Below are positions 39,099-49,307 of a DNA stretch of 64,000 nt, in pieces. Below the pieces are notes generated by a model, which searched no databases, had not been told where the DNA came from, and saw only the letters and a list, made by a program, of their open reading frames with translations. The translations under genes and the position numbers were made by a program. Each line of letters opens with the position of its first letter. Position 1 is the first letter of the stretch. Origin of the DNA: Candidatus Tectimicrobiota bacterium (GTDB taxonomy: Bacteria; JACPUC01); the NCBI GenBank assembly GCA_016192455.1, contig JACPUC010000003.1, positions 1-64,000 on the forward strand, in the 5' to 3' direction.

Positions 39099-39920
39099 GT
39101 GGACGCGGCTGTGCGGGAGAAGTACGAACGCCTGCGGCGCACCGTCGCCGAGATGGCGAGTGTGGTGGTGGCGTATTCCGGGGGGGTGGACAGCGCCCTC
39201 GTCGCGGCGCTGGCCCAGCAGGAGCTTGGCGATCAGGCGCTGGCCGTCACCGCCGTCTCCCCCTCCTATCCATCGTCCGAGCGCCAGGAGAGCGCAGCGC
39301 TGGCGCGGCGACTGGGGATCGCGCATCGCTGCATCGAAACGCGCGAGATGGAGAACCCATCCTACACCGCCAACGCGCCGAACCGCTGCTACCACTGCAA
39401 GAGCGAGCTCTACGAGGCGCTTACCGCCCTGGCGCGGCGCGAGGGGTACGCTTGGGTGGCCGATGGCTTCAACGCCGACGACCGGGGGGACTATCGCCCC
39501 GGGGCGCAGGCGGGGCGCGAGCGCGGCGTGCGCAGCCCCCTCCAGGAGGCCGAGCTGGGGAAGGCCGAGATTCGCCTCATGGCGCGCGAGCTGAAGTTGC
39601 CGGTGTGGGACAAGCCGGCCCTGGCGTGCCTGTCGTCGCGCCTGCCGTATGGGCAGGTGATCACCCTCGAGAAGCTGTCGCGGGTGGATCAGGCCGAGTC
39701 GTTCCTGCGGCAGCTCGGCCTGCGGCAGCTCCGGGTGCGCCACCATGACACCGTGGCCCGCATCGAGGTGGAGCCGGCGGAGATGCCGCGCCTCATCGAG
39801 CCGGGCGTCGCGGCGCTGGTCGTCGAACGCCTGAAGGCGCTCGGGTTCGCCTATGTGACCCTCGACCTGCAAGGGTTCCGCTCCGGCAGTCTGAACGAAA
39901 CGTTGCCCCCGCGGACGTAA
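39099..39920 (+). CDS. larE: LarE ATP-dependent sacrificial sulfur transferase
   Basis: AYSGGVDS, RCYHCK, DYRPG, ACLSSR, GFRSGSLN. Confidence 0.9.
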   Translation: MDAAVREKYERLRRTVAEMASVVVAYSGGVDSALVAALAQQELGDQALAVTAVSPSYPSSERQESAALARRLGIAHRCIETREMENPSYTANAPNRCYHCKSELYEALTALARREGYAWVADGFNADDRGDYRPGAQAGRERGVRSPLQEAELGKAEIRLMARELKLPVWDKPALACLSSRLPYGQVITLEKLSRVDQAESFLRQLGLRQLRVRHHDTVARIEVEPAEMPRLIEPGVAALVVERLKALGFAYVTLDLQGFRSGSLNETLPPRT

Positions 39921-40240
39921 CACCCTACCCGGCATGCCATGCAGGAAACGCCACGGCGGGCGGAGGCGCCGGCGCCGTGAGGTGTTCCATCGGCGCCCGC
40001 GCTGGTCGCCGGTTCACGTCTCAGGGTCCCGGACGGAGCCCCGCATCCCCTTGCCCGCCGCATCTTCGTGAGTGGCCCCCGCGTGCGAGGAGCGAGGGAA
40101 TCTGCGTAAATCTGCGTAATCTGTGGATGCGAGTGGCCCCCGCGGGCGGTGATCGGACCTGCGGGAGAGCGCCAGGCCCTCTCTGGGGGCGTCGGCAGGG
40201 CGTCGGTCGATGGCGGCGGCGAGGGAACAGAGAGGTTGCG

Positions 40241-40705
40241 GTGCAGCGTCAACCCATTGTCGTGATCGAGGCGACCCTCGACGATCTGAACCCGGAGGTG
40301 TACGAGTACGTCATCGAACGCCTCTTCGAGTGCGGCGCCCGCGACGTCTTCCTGCAGCCGGTGATCATGAAGAAATCGCGGCCCGGCACCACGCTGACGG
40401 TGCTCTGCGAGGCCCCGCAGGTGGAGACGCTGGCGGCGCTCATCCTCACCGAGACCACCACCCTCGGCGTGCGCTGGCGCACCGAGGAGCGCTTCGTGGC
40501 GGAGCGGCGCACCGAGTCGGTGTCGCTGCGGGGCGGCAGGGTGCGGGTGAAGCTTGCGGAAGTGGACGGCCGGGTGATCAACGCGGCGCCGGAGTACGAG
40601 GACTGCAAGCTGCTCGCCCGGAGCAGCGGCCGGCCGCTGAAGCTGATCCTCGACGAGGCGCGGAGCACGGCGTGGCGGCGGTTCGGCGCGGAGTCGCAGG
40701 CGTAG
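40241..40705 (+). CDS. larC: LarC nickel-insertion protein, C-terminal domain only
   Basis: EATLDDLNPE, MKKSRPG, ETTTLGVR, PEYEDC. Confidence 0.8.
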   Translation: MQRQPIVVIEATLDDLNPEVYEYVIERLFECGARDVFLQPVIMKKSRPGTTLTVLCEAPQVETLAALILTETTTLGVRWRTEERFVAERRTESVSLRGGRVRVKLAEVDGRVINAAPEYEDCKLLARSSGRPLKLILDEARSTAWRRFGAESQA

Positions 40706-40811
40706 GGGCGGGCCGCGCCGCCAGGTGCGAACCGGAGGAGCGCCCGCGGCGTTCCGCGCTCGGTGTTGATGCGGGGGATGCCGGCTCCTCCCCTCTCCCA
40801 CGGATCGACCC

Positions 40812-42236
40812 ATGAGCGGGCAACCCGACACGGCAGCGGCGGCGAAGCCGGCAAAGCTCTGGGGCGGCCGCTTCAGCGAGGCGACGCACCCGAGCGTCGA
40901 GGCGTTCACCGCCTCGATCAGCTTCGATGCGCGCCTGGCGCCCTACGACCTGCGGGGCAGCATGGCCCACGCCCGCATGCTGGGCCGCTGCGGCATCATC
41001 ACGGACGAGGAGGCGCGGACCCTTATCGCGGGCCTGCAGGCCATCGCCGCGGAGGTCGAGCGGGGCGAGTTCACCTTCCGGCCGGAGCTGGAGGACGTGC
41101 ACATGAACATCGAGCACGCCCTCGCCGAGCGGCTCGGCCCGGTCGCCGGCAAGCTGCACACCGCCCGCAGCCGCAATGACCAGGTGGCGCTCGATGTCCG
41201 TCTCTACCTACGGCAGGCGTTGGATGAGCTGCGCGCCGCCCTGCGACGCCTGCAGGAGGCGCTCCTGGCGCAGGCCCGGGCCCACGTCACGACGCTCATG
41301 CCGGGCTTCACCCACTTGCAGCACGCCCAGCCGGTGGTGCTGGCGCATCACCTTCTGGCCTACCTCGAGATGTTCGAGCGCGACCGGGCGCGTCTGGCCG
41401 ACTGCCGGGGCCGGGTGAACGTCCTGCCCCTGGGAAGCGGCGCCCTTGCCGGCACCTCGTTCCCTATCGATCGCGACTTCGTGGCGCGCGAGCTGGGGTT
41501 CGACGGGGTGAGCGCGAACAGCCTCGATGCGGTGAGCGACCGCGATTTCGCGGTCGAGGCGGCGGCCGCCGCGGCCCTCGTCATGGTGCACCTCAGCCGC
41601 TGGTGCGAGGAACTCGTCCTCTGGAGCAGCAGCGAGTTCCGCTTCGTCGAGCTGCCGGACGCCTTCTGCACCGGCAGCAGCATGATGCCGCAGAAGAAGA
41701 ATCCGGACGTGCCGGAGATCATCCGCGGCAAGGCGGGGCGGGTGTTCGGCGACCTCACGGCGCTGCTGACGCTGCTGAAGTCCCTGCCGCTCGCCTACAA
41801 CCGCGACCTGCAGGAGGACAAGCCGGCGCTCTTCGACGCCATGGACACCGTGACGGCGTGCACGCACCTGATGGCGCAGCTTGTGCCGGGGATCGCCTTC
41901 CGGCGCGAGCGCCTGGCCGCCGCCGCCGGCGAGGGCTTCACGGGCGCCACGGAGCTGGCGGATGCGCTGGTGCGGCGCGGTCTCCCCTTCCGCCAGGCGC
42001 ACGAGGCGGTGGGGAAGCTGGTGCGCCGCTGCATCGAGCAGGACCGCAGGCTCGAAGAGCTGACCCTCGAGGAGCTGCGGGCCGCCTCACCCCTCTTTGA
42101 CGAGGAGGCCCGGGAGGTGCTGCGACCGGAGGCGGCGGTGCGCGCCAAGGCGGTGACCGGCGGCACGGCGCCGGCTCGGGTGGCGGCCCGCCTGGACCTT
42201 CTGACCGCAACCTATGAGCGGGAGCGGGGGGCGTGA
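40812..42236 (+). CDS. argH: Argininosuccinate lyase
   Basis: LWGGRF, HTARSRNDQ, GSSMMPQKKNPD. Confidence 0.96.
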   Translation: MSGQPDTAAAAKPAKLWGGRFSEATHPSVEAFTASISFDARLAPYDLRGSMAHARMLGRCGIITDEEARTLIAGLQAIAAEVERGEFTFRPELEDVHMNIEHALAERLGPVAGKLHTARSRNDQVALDVRLYLRQALDELRAALRRLQEALLAQARAHVTTLMPGFTHLQHAQPVVLAHHLLAYLEMFERDRARLADCRGRVNVLPLGSGALAGTSFPIDRDFVARELGFDGVSANSLDAVSDRDFAVEAAAAAALVMVHLSRWCEELVLWSSSEFRFVELPDAFCTGSSMMPQKKNPDVPEIIRGKAGRVFGDLTALLTLLKSLPLAYNRDLQEDKPALFDAMDTVTACTHLMAQLVPGIAFRRERLAAAAGEGFTGATELADALVRRGLPFRQAHEAVGKLVRRCIEQDRRLEELTLEELRAASPLFDEEAREVLRPEAAVRAKAVTGGTAPARVAARLDLLTATYERERGA

Positions 42237-42237
42237 G

Positions 42238-42480
42238 ATGCGACGACGCGCTGCGATGGTCCTGAGCGTGGTGCTCCTGATCGCCGGGCTGATGCTTTTG
42301 GGATGCGGCAAGAAGGGGCCGCCCCGGCCGCCCAAAGAGCCCACTCCCCCCGGCAGGTCGGGGCATGTCCCGGCGCCTTCCACCCTGCTGGCGCAACGCG
42401 CGGAACCTCGGCTGCCGACCGCGCAGTCCCCGCGCCGCGGCCTCTCGCCGGCAACGCCGGTGAGACAGGGTGGCGCCTAA
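42238..42480 (+). CDS. Small lipoprotein (LptM/LppL-like)
   Basis: Lipobox LLGC followed by GKKGPP; typical position upstream of lysA. Confidence 0.65.
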   Translation: MRRRAAMVLSVVLLIAGLMLLGCGKKGPPRPPKEPTPPGRSGHVPAPSTLLAQRAEPRLPTAQSPRRGLSPATPVRQGGA

Positions 42481-42605
42481 CGCGCGGGGCGCTGGAGCGC
42501 GGCCGGGGGGCCTCTCCCGCGGCGTCAGGCCGCGACGCGGCGGCTGCCGAGCCAGACGCCCGGCTGCGGTTCCGGTGCCTCGGCGCAGAGTTCAGGAGTC
42601 AAACG

Positions 42606-43904
42606 GTGTCGAAGGTGACGGCCTGCGAGACGCTGCCGCAGGCGCCGGCTTTCTCCTATCGCGACGCCGAGCTGTGGTGCGAAGACGTGCCGCTGCGGCG
42701 TCTGGGCGAGGCGGTGGGGACGCCCGCCTACGTGTACAGCCACGCCTCGTTAGCGGCGAACTTCCACGCCTTCTCCAAGCCGTTCGCGGCTATCCCCCAC
42801 CTCATCTGCTTCGCCGTCAAGGCGAACGGCAACCTTGCCATTCTGCGCCTGTTGGGGAACGAAGGAGCGGGCGCCGACATCGTCTCCGGCGGCGAGCTCT
42901 TCCGCGCCGTGCGCGCCGGCATCGAGCCGCGGCGCATCGTCTTCTCCGGCGTCGGCAAAACCCACGCCGAGCTGCGCGCCGCCCTCGAGGCGGATATCCT
43001 CATGCTCAATATCGAGTCAGGGCAGGAGCTGCAGGCCTTGCAGGCGGCCGCCGCCGAGGTAGGGAGGAGCGCGCCGATCGCCCTGCGGGTGAACCCCGAC
43101 GTTGACCCGCAAACCCACCCCTACATCGCCACCGGCCTGAAGAAGAGCAAGTTCGGCCTGGCGCCGGAGGCGGCGCTGCAGCTCTACGCCGAGGCGACGC
43201 GGCTGCCAAATATCAGCGTCATCGGCATCCACATCCATATCGGCTCGCAGATCACCAGCGTGGGGCCCTTCTGCGAGGCCGTCGCCAAGGAGCTGGAGCT
43301 GGTGCGCCGGCTGCGCGAAAGCGGCATCGACCTCCACTACCTCGACATCGGCGGCGGCCTCGGCATTCAGTATGCCGACGAGGCGCCGCCGCGGCCCGAG
43401 GAGTTCGCGCAAGCCTTGGCGCCGCTCCTCAGCGATACGAACTGCACGCTCATCGTCGAGCCGGGCCGCGCCATCGTCGGCAACGCCGGGGTGCTCCTCA
43501 CCCGCGTCCTCTACGAGAAGGAGACCGCCGCGAAGCACTTCTACATCGTCGATGCGGCGATGAATGATCTGCTGCGCCCGAGCATCTACGGCGCCTACCA
43601 CGACATCCTGCCGGCGCAGCGGCGGCAGCGCGGCGACATCGTGGCGGATGTGGTGGGGCCGATCTGCGAAAGCGGCGACTTCCTGGCGCGCGACCGCCAC
43701 CTCGGCCGGCTCGACCAGGGCGAGCTGCTGGCGGTCCTCAGCGCCGGCGCCTACGGATTCTCCATGTCGTCGAACTACAATGCCCGTCCGCGCGTCGTCG
43801 AGGTGCTCGTGAAAGGGGATGAGTTCCACGTCATCCGCGAGCGCGAGACGTACGCCGACCTGGTCGCCGGCGAATGCATCCCCCCATTCCTGGAGCGCCC
43901 TTGA
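42606..43904 (+). CDS. lysA: Diaminopimelate decarboxylase
   Basis: AVKAN, HIGSQI, EPGR, GPICESGD, AGAYG...SNYN. Confidence 0.95.
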   Translation: MSKVTACETLPQAPAFSYRDAELWCEDVPLRRLGEAVGTPAYVYSHASLAANFHAFSKPFAAIPHLICFAVKANGNLAILRLLGNEGAGADIVSGGELFRAVRAGIEPRRIVFSGVGKTHAELRAALEADILMLNIESGQELQALQAAAAEVGRSAPIALRVNPDVDPQTHPYIATGLKKSKFGLAPEAALQLYAEATRLPNISVIGIHIHIGSQITSVGPFCEAVAKELELVRRLRESGIDLHYLDIGGGLGIQYADEAPPRPEEFAQALAPLLSDTNCTLIVEPGRAIVGNAGVLLTRVLYEKETAAKHFYIVDAAMNDLLRPSIYGAYHDILPAQRRQRGDIVADVVGPICESGDFLARDRHLGRLDQGELLAVLSAGAYGFSMSSNYNARPRVVEVLVKGDEFHVIRERETYADLVAGECIPPFLERP

Positions 43905-44052
43905 GGGCTGCGGGCGTGCGGGCGTGCCGCGGTTTCTCTCCGCATCCCCTCCAAGGACATTTACGGAATGTCTTAGATTACGGTAGGGTCTTATAGATTT
44001 GTCTGCTAGTCTATGCTATGCTTCATAAAACCTCAATATGAGGAGGCGGGCA

Positions 44053-45516
44053 ATGACTGGCAACATTCTTTTTTACGGTGATAATCTAGATATTCTGCGG
44101 CGACATATTGGGGATGAGACGGTAGACTTGATTTACCTGGATCCACCGTTCAACAGCAAGGCGACCTACAACGTGCTGTTTGCGGAAAAGAACGGCTCGC
44201 AGGCGGCAGCACAATTCAAGGCTTTTGAGGATACTTGGCGGTGGGATCAGGATGCGGCAAAAACATATGAAGAAATAGTTGAGGGCGGTAAGAATATAGC
44301 CAGGACTTTAATCGCATTCAACGAGTTGTTTGGCAAGAACGATATGCTGACCTACCTGGTGATGATGGCGTCACGGCTGGTGGAGCTGCAGCGTGTCCTG
44401 AAGCCTACTGGAAGCATCTACCTACACTGTGATCCAACTGCCAGCCATTACTTGAAAATTCTAATGGACGCAAGTTTTGGACCAAAGAATTTCAGGAATG
44501 AGATTGTCTGGCATTATCGAAAATGGGCGACCGGAAAATACGCGTTTCAGAAAAATCATGATGTGCTGCTTTTCTACTTCCGTTCAGACAGCCGAAAAAG
44601 GACTTTCAATCAACTTTACATGGAACGTGCTCCTTCGACGCTGAAGAGGTTTGGAACTTCCAAGATCGTATCTGGGCATGATGAGACTGGCCGTCGCGTG
44701 CCCTCTCGGACAAAGCAGCAGGAATCAGAGGGAGTTCGCCAAGATGATGTCTGGGCAATTGGGCGCGTTCCACCGATAAAGCAATTGTTCCCAACGCAAA
44801 AACCTGGGCCCCTATTGGAGCGGATTATTACGAGCAGCAGTAATGAAAACGACTTGATCTTAGACCCGTTTTGTGGCTGTGGAACGACGATAGCTGTAGC
44901 ACAACGCCTTCATCGGCGGTGGATAGGTATCGACATTACCTATCTGGCAATTACGGTAATTAAACACCGCTTGCGCGATGAGTTTGGTGAGGGTGTGGTG
45001 GACTACAAAGTGAAGGGGGAGCCGATAGCGTTGCCGGATGCGAAGGTGTTGGCGGAACAAAACCCGTATGAGTTTCAGTGGTGGGCGTTGGGGCTTGTCG
45101 GAGCGCGCCCAGTGGAACAAAAGAAAGGGGCTGACCGGGGGATCGACGGACGGCTCTACTTCCACGACGAAGGTCTCGGCGGGAAAACGAAGCAGATCAT
45201 CTTTTCAGTAAAAGCCGGTACTACCACCGTGGCGCATGTGCGCGACCTTCGTGGCGTGATTGAGCGAGAGAAAGCCGAAATCGGTGTTTTAATCACCATG
45301 CAGAAAATGACGCAACCCATGAGGAGCGAGGCAGCGGGAGCCGGCTTCTATGAATCGCAGTGGGGAAAGCATCCTCGGATACAGATACTGACGATTGAAG
45401 AATTGTTAGCTGGGAAGAGAATCGACTATCCGCCCTCGCGGCAGGTGAATGTGACTTTTAAGAAAGCGCAAAAGGCTAATAAAAATGAGTCCGCAACTCA
45501 AGAACCCTTGCTCTGA
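44053..45516 (+). CDS. N6A/N4C DNA methyltransferase with C-terminal restriction-endonuclease-like domain
   Basis: YLDPPFNS, PTQKP, DPFCGCGTT; C-terminal DRGIDG...FSVK; lower GC than neighbours. Confidence 0.88.
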   Translation: MTGNILFYGDNLDILRRHIGDETVDLIYLDPPFNSKATYNVLFAEKNGSQAAAQFKAFEDTWRWDQDAAKTYEEIVEGGKNIARTLIAFNELFGKNDMLTYLVMMASRLVELQRVLKPTGSIYLHCDPTASHYLKILMDASFGPKNFRNEIVWHYRKWATGKYAFQKNHDVLLFYFRSDSRKRTFNQLYMERAPSTLKRFGTSKIVSGHDETGRRVPSRTKQQESEGVRQDDVWAIGRVPPIKQLFPTQKPGPLLERIITSSSNENDLILDPFCGCGTTIAVAQRLHRRWIGIDITYLAITVIKHRLRDEFGEGVVDYKVKGEPIALPDAKVLAEQNPYEFQWWALGLVGARPVEQKKGADRGIDGRLYFHDEGLGGKTKQIIFSVKAGTTTVAHVRDLRGVIEREKAEIGVLITMQKMTQPMRSEAAGAGFYESQWGKHPRIQILTIEELLAGKRIDYPPSRQVNVTFKKAQKANKNESATQEPLL

Positions 45517-45546
45517 TCCCTTCATCGCCGCAGAAGGAACCCCAGC

Positions 45547-46722
45547 GTGGCAGCATTGAACCCCCAGCGTTCCCAACGCCTGCGGCAGCTCCCGCCGTAC
45601 CTCTTCGCGGAGGTCGACCGCATGAAGCGCGCGGCGCTGGCGCGCGGCGTCGATCTCATCAACCTGGGGGTGGGCGACCCGGACCGCCCCACGCCCAGGG
45701 AGATCGTCGAGGCCCTCAAGGTCGCCGCGGCGAAACCCGAACACCATCAGTACCCCTCCTACGTCGGCATGCTGAGTTTCCGCCAGGCGGTGGCGCGCTG
45801 GTACCTGGAGCGCTTCGGCGTCGAGCTCGATGCGGAGCGCGAGGTGCTGTCGCTCATCGGCTCGAAGGAGGGCATCGGCCACATCACCCTGGCCTTCGTG
45901 AACCCGGGGGATGTCGTGCTTTGCCCTGACCCCGGCTACCCCGTTTACCCCGCCGCCACGATCTTCGCCGGCGGCGCGCCGGTGAGCATGCCGCTGCGGG
46001 CCGAGCGCGGCTTCCTGCCGGACTTCGACGCCATCGCCCCGGCGGACGCCCGGCGCGCCACCATGATGTACCTCAACTACCCAAACAACCCCACCGCCGC
46101 CTGCGCCGACGCGGCATTCTTCCGGCGCGCCATCGACTTCGCCCGGCGGCACTCGATCATCATCTGCCACGACGCCGCCTATTCCGAGATTTTCTACGAT
46201 GAGCAGCCGCCGCTCAGCTTCCTACAGATCGAAGGAGCCAGGGAAGTCGGCGTCGAGTTCCACTCCCTGTCGAAAACGTTCAACATGACCGGCTGGCGCA
46301 TCGGCTTCGCGTTGGGGCACGCCGAGGTGCTCGCCGGCCTGGGCGCGGTGAAGACGAACCTCGACTCGGGCATCTTCCAGGCCGTCCAGGAGGCCGGCAT
46401 CGCGGCGCTCCACGCCAATGCGCGGCTGGCGCCGCGGGTGCGCGCCATCTACCAGGGGCGGCGCGACCTCTTCGTCGCCGGCCTGAAGAAGCTCGGCTAC
46501 GAGGTCAACCTGCCGATGGCGACCTTCTACGTCTGGGTGAAGACGCCCGCCGGCTGCGGCTCCACCGCCTTCACCGCCCGGCTGCTGCAGGAGGCCGGCA
46601 TCGTGACGACCCCCGGCGTGGGCCTGGGGCAGGCCGGCGAAGGCTACATCCGCATGACCCTCACGGTCGAGGAGCCGCGCCTCGAGGAGGCGCTCGAGCG
46701 CCTGCGCAAGGTGCAGGTGTGA
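45547..46722 (+). CDS. dapL: LL-diaminopimelate aminotransferase
   Basis: LPPYLFA, IGSKEGI, NYPNNPT, SLSKTFNMTGWR; near lysA. Confidence 0.88.
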   Translation: MAALNPQRSQRLRQLPPYLFAEVDRMKRAALARGVDLINLGVGDPDRPTPREIVEALKVAAAKPEHHQYPSYVGMLSFRQAVARWYLERFGVELDAEREVLSLIGSKEGIGHITLAFVNPGDVVLCPDPGYPVYPAATIFAGGAPVSMPLRAERGFLPDFDAIAPADARRATMMYLNYPNNPTAACADAAFFRRAIDFARRHSIIICHDAAYSEIFYDEQPPLSFLQIEGAREVGVEFHSLSKTFNMTGWRIGFALGHAEVLAGLGAVKTNLDSGIFQAVQEAGIAALHANARLAPRVRAIYQGRRDLFVAGLKKLGYEVNLPMATFYVWVKTPAGCGSTAFTARLLQEAGIVTTPGVGLGQAGEGYIRMTLTVEEPRLEEALERLRKVQV

Positions 46723-46809
46723 GCCGGGGGCGCCGCGCTCCTCTGTCGGCCGCTCCTTCTGGACCGCGGCAGGGGACGCGCCGCCAGCCGCGCAGAGGGG
46801 CCGTGGGGC

Positions 46810-47313
46810 ATGGAGACCGCGGCGGGCGATGTTTACATCGGCCTGGGGTCGAACCTCGGCGATGCCGCCGCCAACTGCCGGCGGGCGGTGCGCGAGCTGG
46901 GGCGCAGCGAGGGTATCCGGGTGCTGCGCGCCTCGCGCTGGTATCGCAGCGAGCCGGTCGGGGGAGTCGAACAGGACTGGTTTGTCAACGGCGTGGTCGC
47001 CGCGCGGACGACGCTCGAGCCCCTTGCGCTCCTCGCCGCGTTGAAGGAGCTGGAGCGCCGCCTGGGCCGCGTGCCCGGCCCGCGGTGGGGGCCGCGCCGC
47101 ATCGACCTCGACCTGCTCCTGTACGGCGAGCGGCTGATCGACACCGCGGAGCTCATCGTTCCCCATGCCGCGCTGCACGAGCGGCGCTTCGTCCTCCTGC
47201 CGCTGTGCGATTTGGCGCCCGATCTGACGCACCCCCTCCTGGGCCTGCCGATGCGGGAGCTCCTGCGCCGGCTGCCTGCCGGTCAGGTGGTGGAGCTCTT
47301 GACGGAAGCTTGA
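46810..47313 (+). CDS. folK: 6-hydroxymethyl-7,8-dihydropterin pyrophosphokinase
   Basis: IGLGSNLG, WGPRRIDLDLL, PH...RRFVL. Confidence 0.95.
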   Translation: METAAGDVYIGLGSNLGDAAANCRRAVRELGRSEGIRVLRASRWYRSEPVGGVEQDWFVNGVVAARTTLEPLALLAALKELERRLGRVPGPRWGPRRIDLDLLLYGERLIDTAELIVPHAALHERRFVLLPLCDLAPDLTHPLLGLPMRELLRRLPAGQVVELLTEA

Positions 47314-47417
47314 TGCGGGCGACCTCGACGGCCCGGCGCCCGCCAACCCTCCGCGTCGAGCCACGTCTGAGCGCTTTTCGTTGTGCACCTGTGGACGAGT
47401 GATGTATACTTGGTGGG

Positions 47418-48083
47418 ATGATGACGATACCGCGAGCCGTACGTACTCCGCCGCGCTACATCGCCGTTGAAGGCCCCATCGGGGTCGGCAAGACGAGCTT
47501 GGTGCGCCTGCTCGCGGATCGGCTGGACGGTCGGGTAGTCCTGGAGGCGAGCGAGGAGAACCCCTTCCTGGAGAAGTTCTACGCCGAAGCGCGTCATCAC
47601 GCCTTCCAGACGCAGATTTTTTTCCTCTTGAGCCGCTACCGCCAGCAGCTCGAGCTGAGCCAGGCGCCTCTGTTCGAGCGCACCACGGTGACGGACTACC
47701 TGTTCGTCAAGGATCGCATTTTCGCCTACCTGAACCTTGACGAAGATGAGTTGCAGTTGTATGAACAGTTGTATCCGCTCCTGAAGGCGCGCATCCCCAC
47801 GCCGGACCTGGTGATCTTCCTGCAGGCCAGCACCGAGGTGTTGATGCGGCGCATCGCCAAGCGCCAGCGCGCCCTCGAGAAGAGCATCACGGGGCGCTAC
47901 GTCGACCAGGTGAACCAGGCCTACAATGAGTTCTTCTTCACCTACGACGAAGCGCCGCTGCTCGTCGTGAACACCAACGAGGTTGATTTCATCGCCCATG
48001 AGGAGGACCTTGACGACCTCATCACGAAGATCACGAGCTTGAAGCAAGGCCGCGAATACTACGTTCCGCTGGGATCCGTGTAG
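47418..48083 (+). CDS. Deoxynucleoside kinase
   Basis: IAVEGPIGVGKT, ENPFLEKFY, FLLSRY. Confidence 0.9.
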   Translation: MMTIPRAVRTPPRYIAVEGPIGVGKTSLVRLLADRLDGRVVLEASEENPFLEKFYAEARHHAFQTQIFFLLSRYRQQLELSQAPLFERTTVTDYLFVKDRIFAYLNLDEDELQLYEQLYPLLKARIPTPDLVIFLQASTEVLMRRIAKRQRALEKSITGRYVDQVNQAYNEFFFTYDEAPLLVVNTNEVDFIAHEEDLDDLITKITSLKQGREYYVPLGSV

Positions 48084-48084
48084 G

Positions 48085-48290
48085 ACGGACCGAGACGGAA
48101 GGCCACCAGCTAGGTAGCGCCCCTTGCCCTGTGGATGGGTGACCGGTCGCCGGCGCCCAATCGCTGCTCCGCCGGAACGAACTGCGATTGCGACCAGAGG
48201 CGGAGTGGGCAAGCTGCTTGCCGAAGCGGGCGCGCCGCGTCTCGCCGCGAACCTTCCATCCCACCGGGACGGAAGGTTTTTTTTGTGGCC
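48085..48290 (+). promoter_or_regulatory. Structured panB leader (pan-motif-like attenuator)
   Basis: GACGGAAGG occurs near 48094 and in the terminator 3' arm; intrinsic terminator lies before panB. Confidence 0.55.
48250..48284 (+). terminator. Intrinsic terminator in the panB leader
   Basis: AACCTTCCATCCC-ACC-GGGACGGAAGGTT followed by a T8 run. Confidence 0.8.
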
Positions 48291-48366
48291 CCAGGCTCAG
48301 CAGTCCCAGGTGAGACCCAGAAGCCGCCGTAGTTTCGGCGACGCGGCAGGAGGGGAGGAGGCCGCC

Positions 48367-49176
48367 ATGCGACGCGACAAGGTCACGGTGACCAAAATCT
48401 TGAAGATGAAGGCCGCCGGCGAGCGGATCAGCATGATCACCGCCTATGACCAGCCCTTCGCCAGGCTCTTCGACGACGCCGGCGTGGACGTGCTCCTGGT
48501 CGGCGATTCCGTCGGCAACGTCATGCTCGGCTACGACACGACGCTCCCCGTCAGCATGGAGGAGATGCTGCACCACACCAAGGCGGTGGCGCGCGCCAAC
48601 CCCCGCGCCATGGTGGCGGCGGACCTTCCCTTCCTCTCTTACCAGTGCTCGGTGCCGGAGGCGGTGAGGAATGCCGGGCTCTTCCTGAAGGAGGGGGGAG
48701 CGGAGGCGGTGAAGCTCGAGGGGGGCGTGGCGGTGCGCGAGCAGATCGCCGCCATCTGCGCCGCCGGCATCCCGGTGGTGGGGCACGTGGGGCTGACGCC
48801 GCAATCGGTGCACCAGCTCGGCGGCTACAAGGTGCAGGGGAAGACCTCCTCGGCGGCCGAGCGCATCGTCGAAGACGCCCGCGCCATCGAGGAGGCGGGG
48901 GCGTTCTGCGTCGTCCTCGAGTGCGTGCCCGTGAAGCTGGCGAAGACGCTCACCGAGATGCTCCTCATCCCGACGATCGGCATCGGCGCCGGCCCTTACT
49001 GCGACGGTCAGGTGCTCGTCATGCACGATCTCCTTGGGCTGAACCCCGATTTTACCCCCCGCTTCGTGAAGCGCTACGCGCAGCTCCACACGATCGTGCG
49101 CGAGGCGGTCGCGGCTTACAGCCGCGAGGTGAAGGAGGGGAGTTTCCCGAGCCTCGAGCACAGTTTCAACGACTGA
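48367..49176 (+). CDS. panB: Ketopantoate hydroxymethyltransferase
   Basis: MITAYD, LVGDS, VKLEGG, GHVGLTPQ. Confidence 0.96.
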   Translation: MRRDKVTVTKILKMKAAGERISMITAYDQPFARLFDDAGVDVLLVGDSVGNVMLGYDTTLPVSMEEMLHHTKAVARANPRAMVAADLPFLSYQCSVPEAVRNAGLFLKEGGAEAVKLEGGVAVREQIAAICAAGIPVVGHVGLTPQSVHQLGGYKVQGKTSSAAERIVEDARAIEEAGAFCVVLECVPVKLAKTLTEMLLIPTIGIGAGPYCDGQVLVMHDLLGLNPDFTPRFVKRYAQLHTIVREAVAAYSREVKEGSFPSLEHSFND

Positions 49177-49307
49177 CGGCGCGGCGGTTCCTAGCCCCTC
49201 CGCCGGCGGGGCCCGGCAGAGGCGGCGCCTCGATACGCCCAGCGAGCGCGCCGCGGCCGGTGCCGACCGGGAAGCACGGCGCGGCGACGCCCCATGAGGC
49301 AGGAAGG

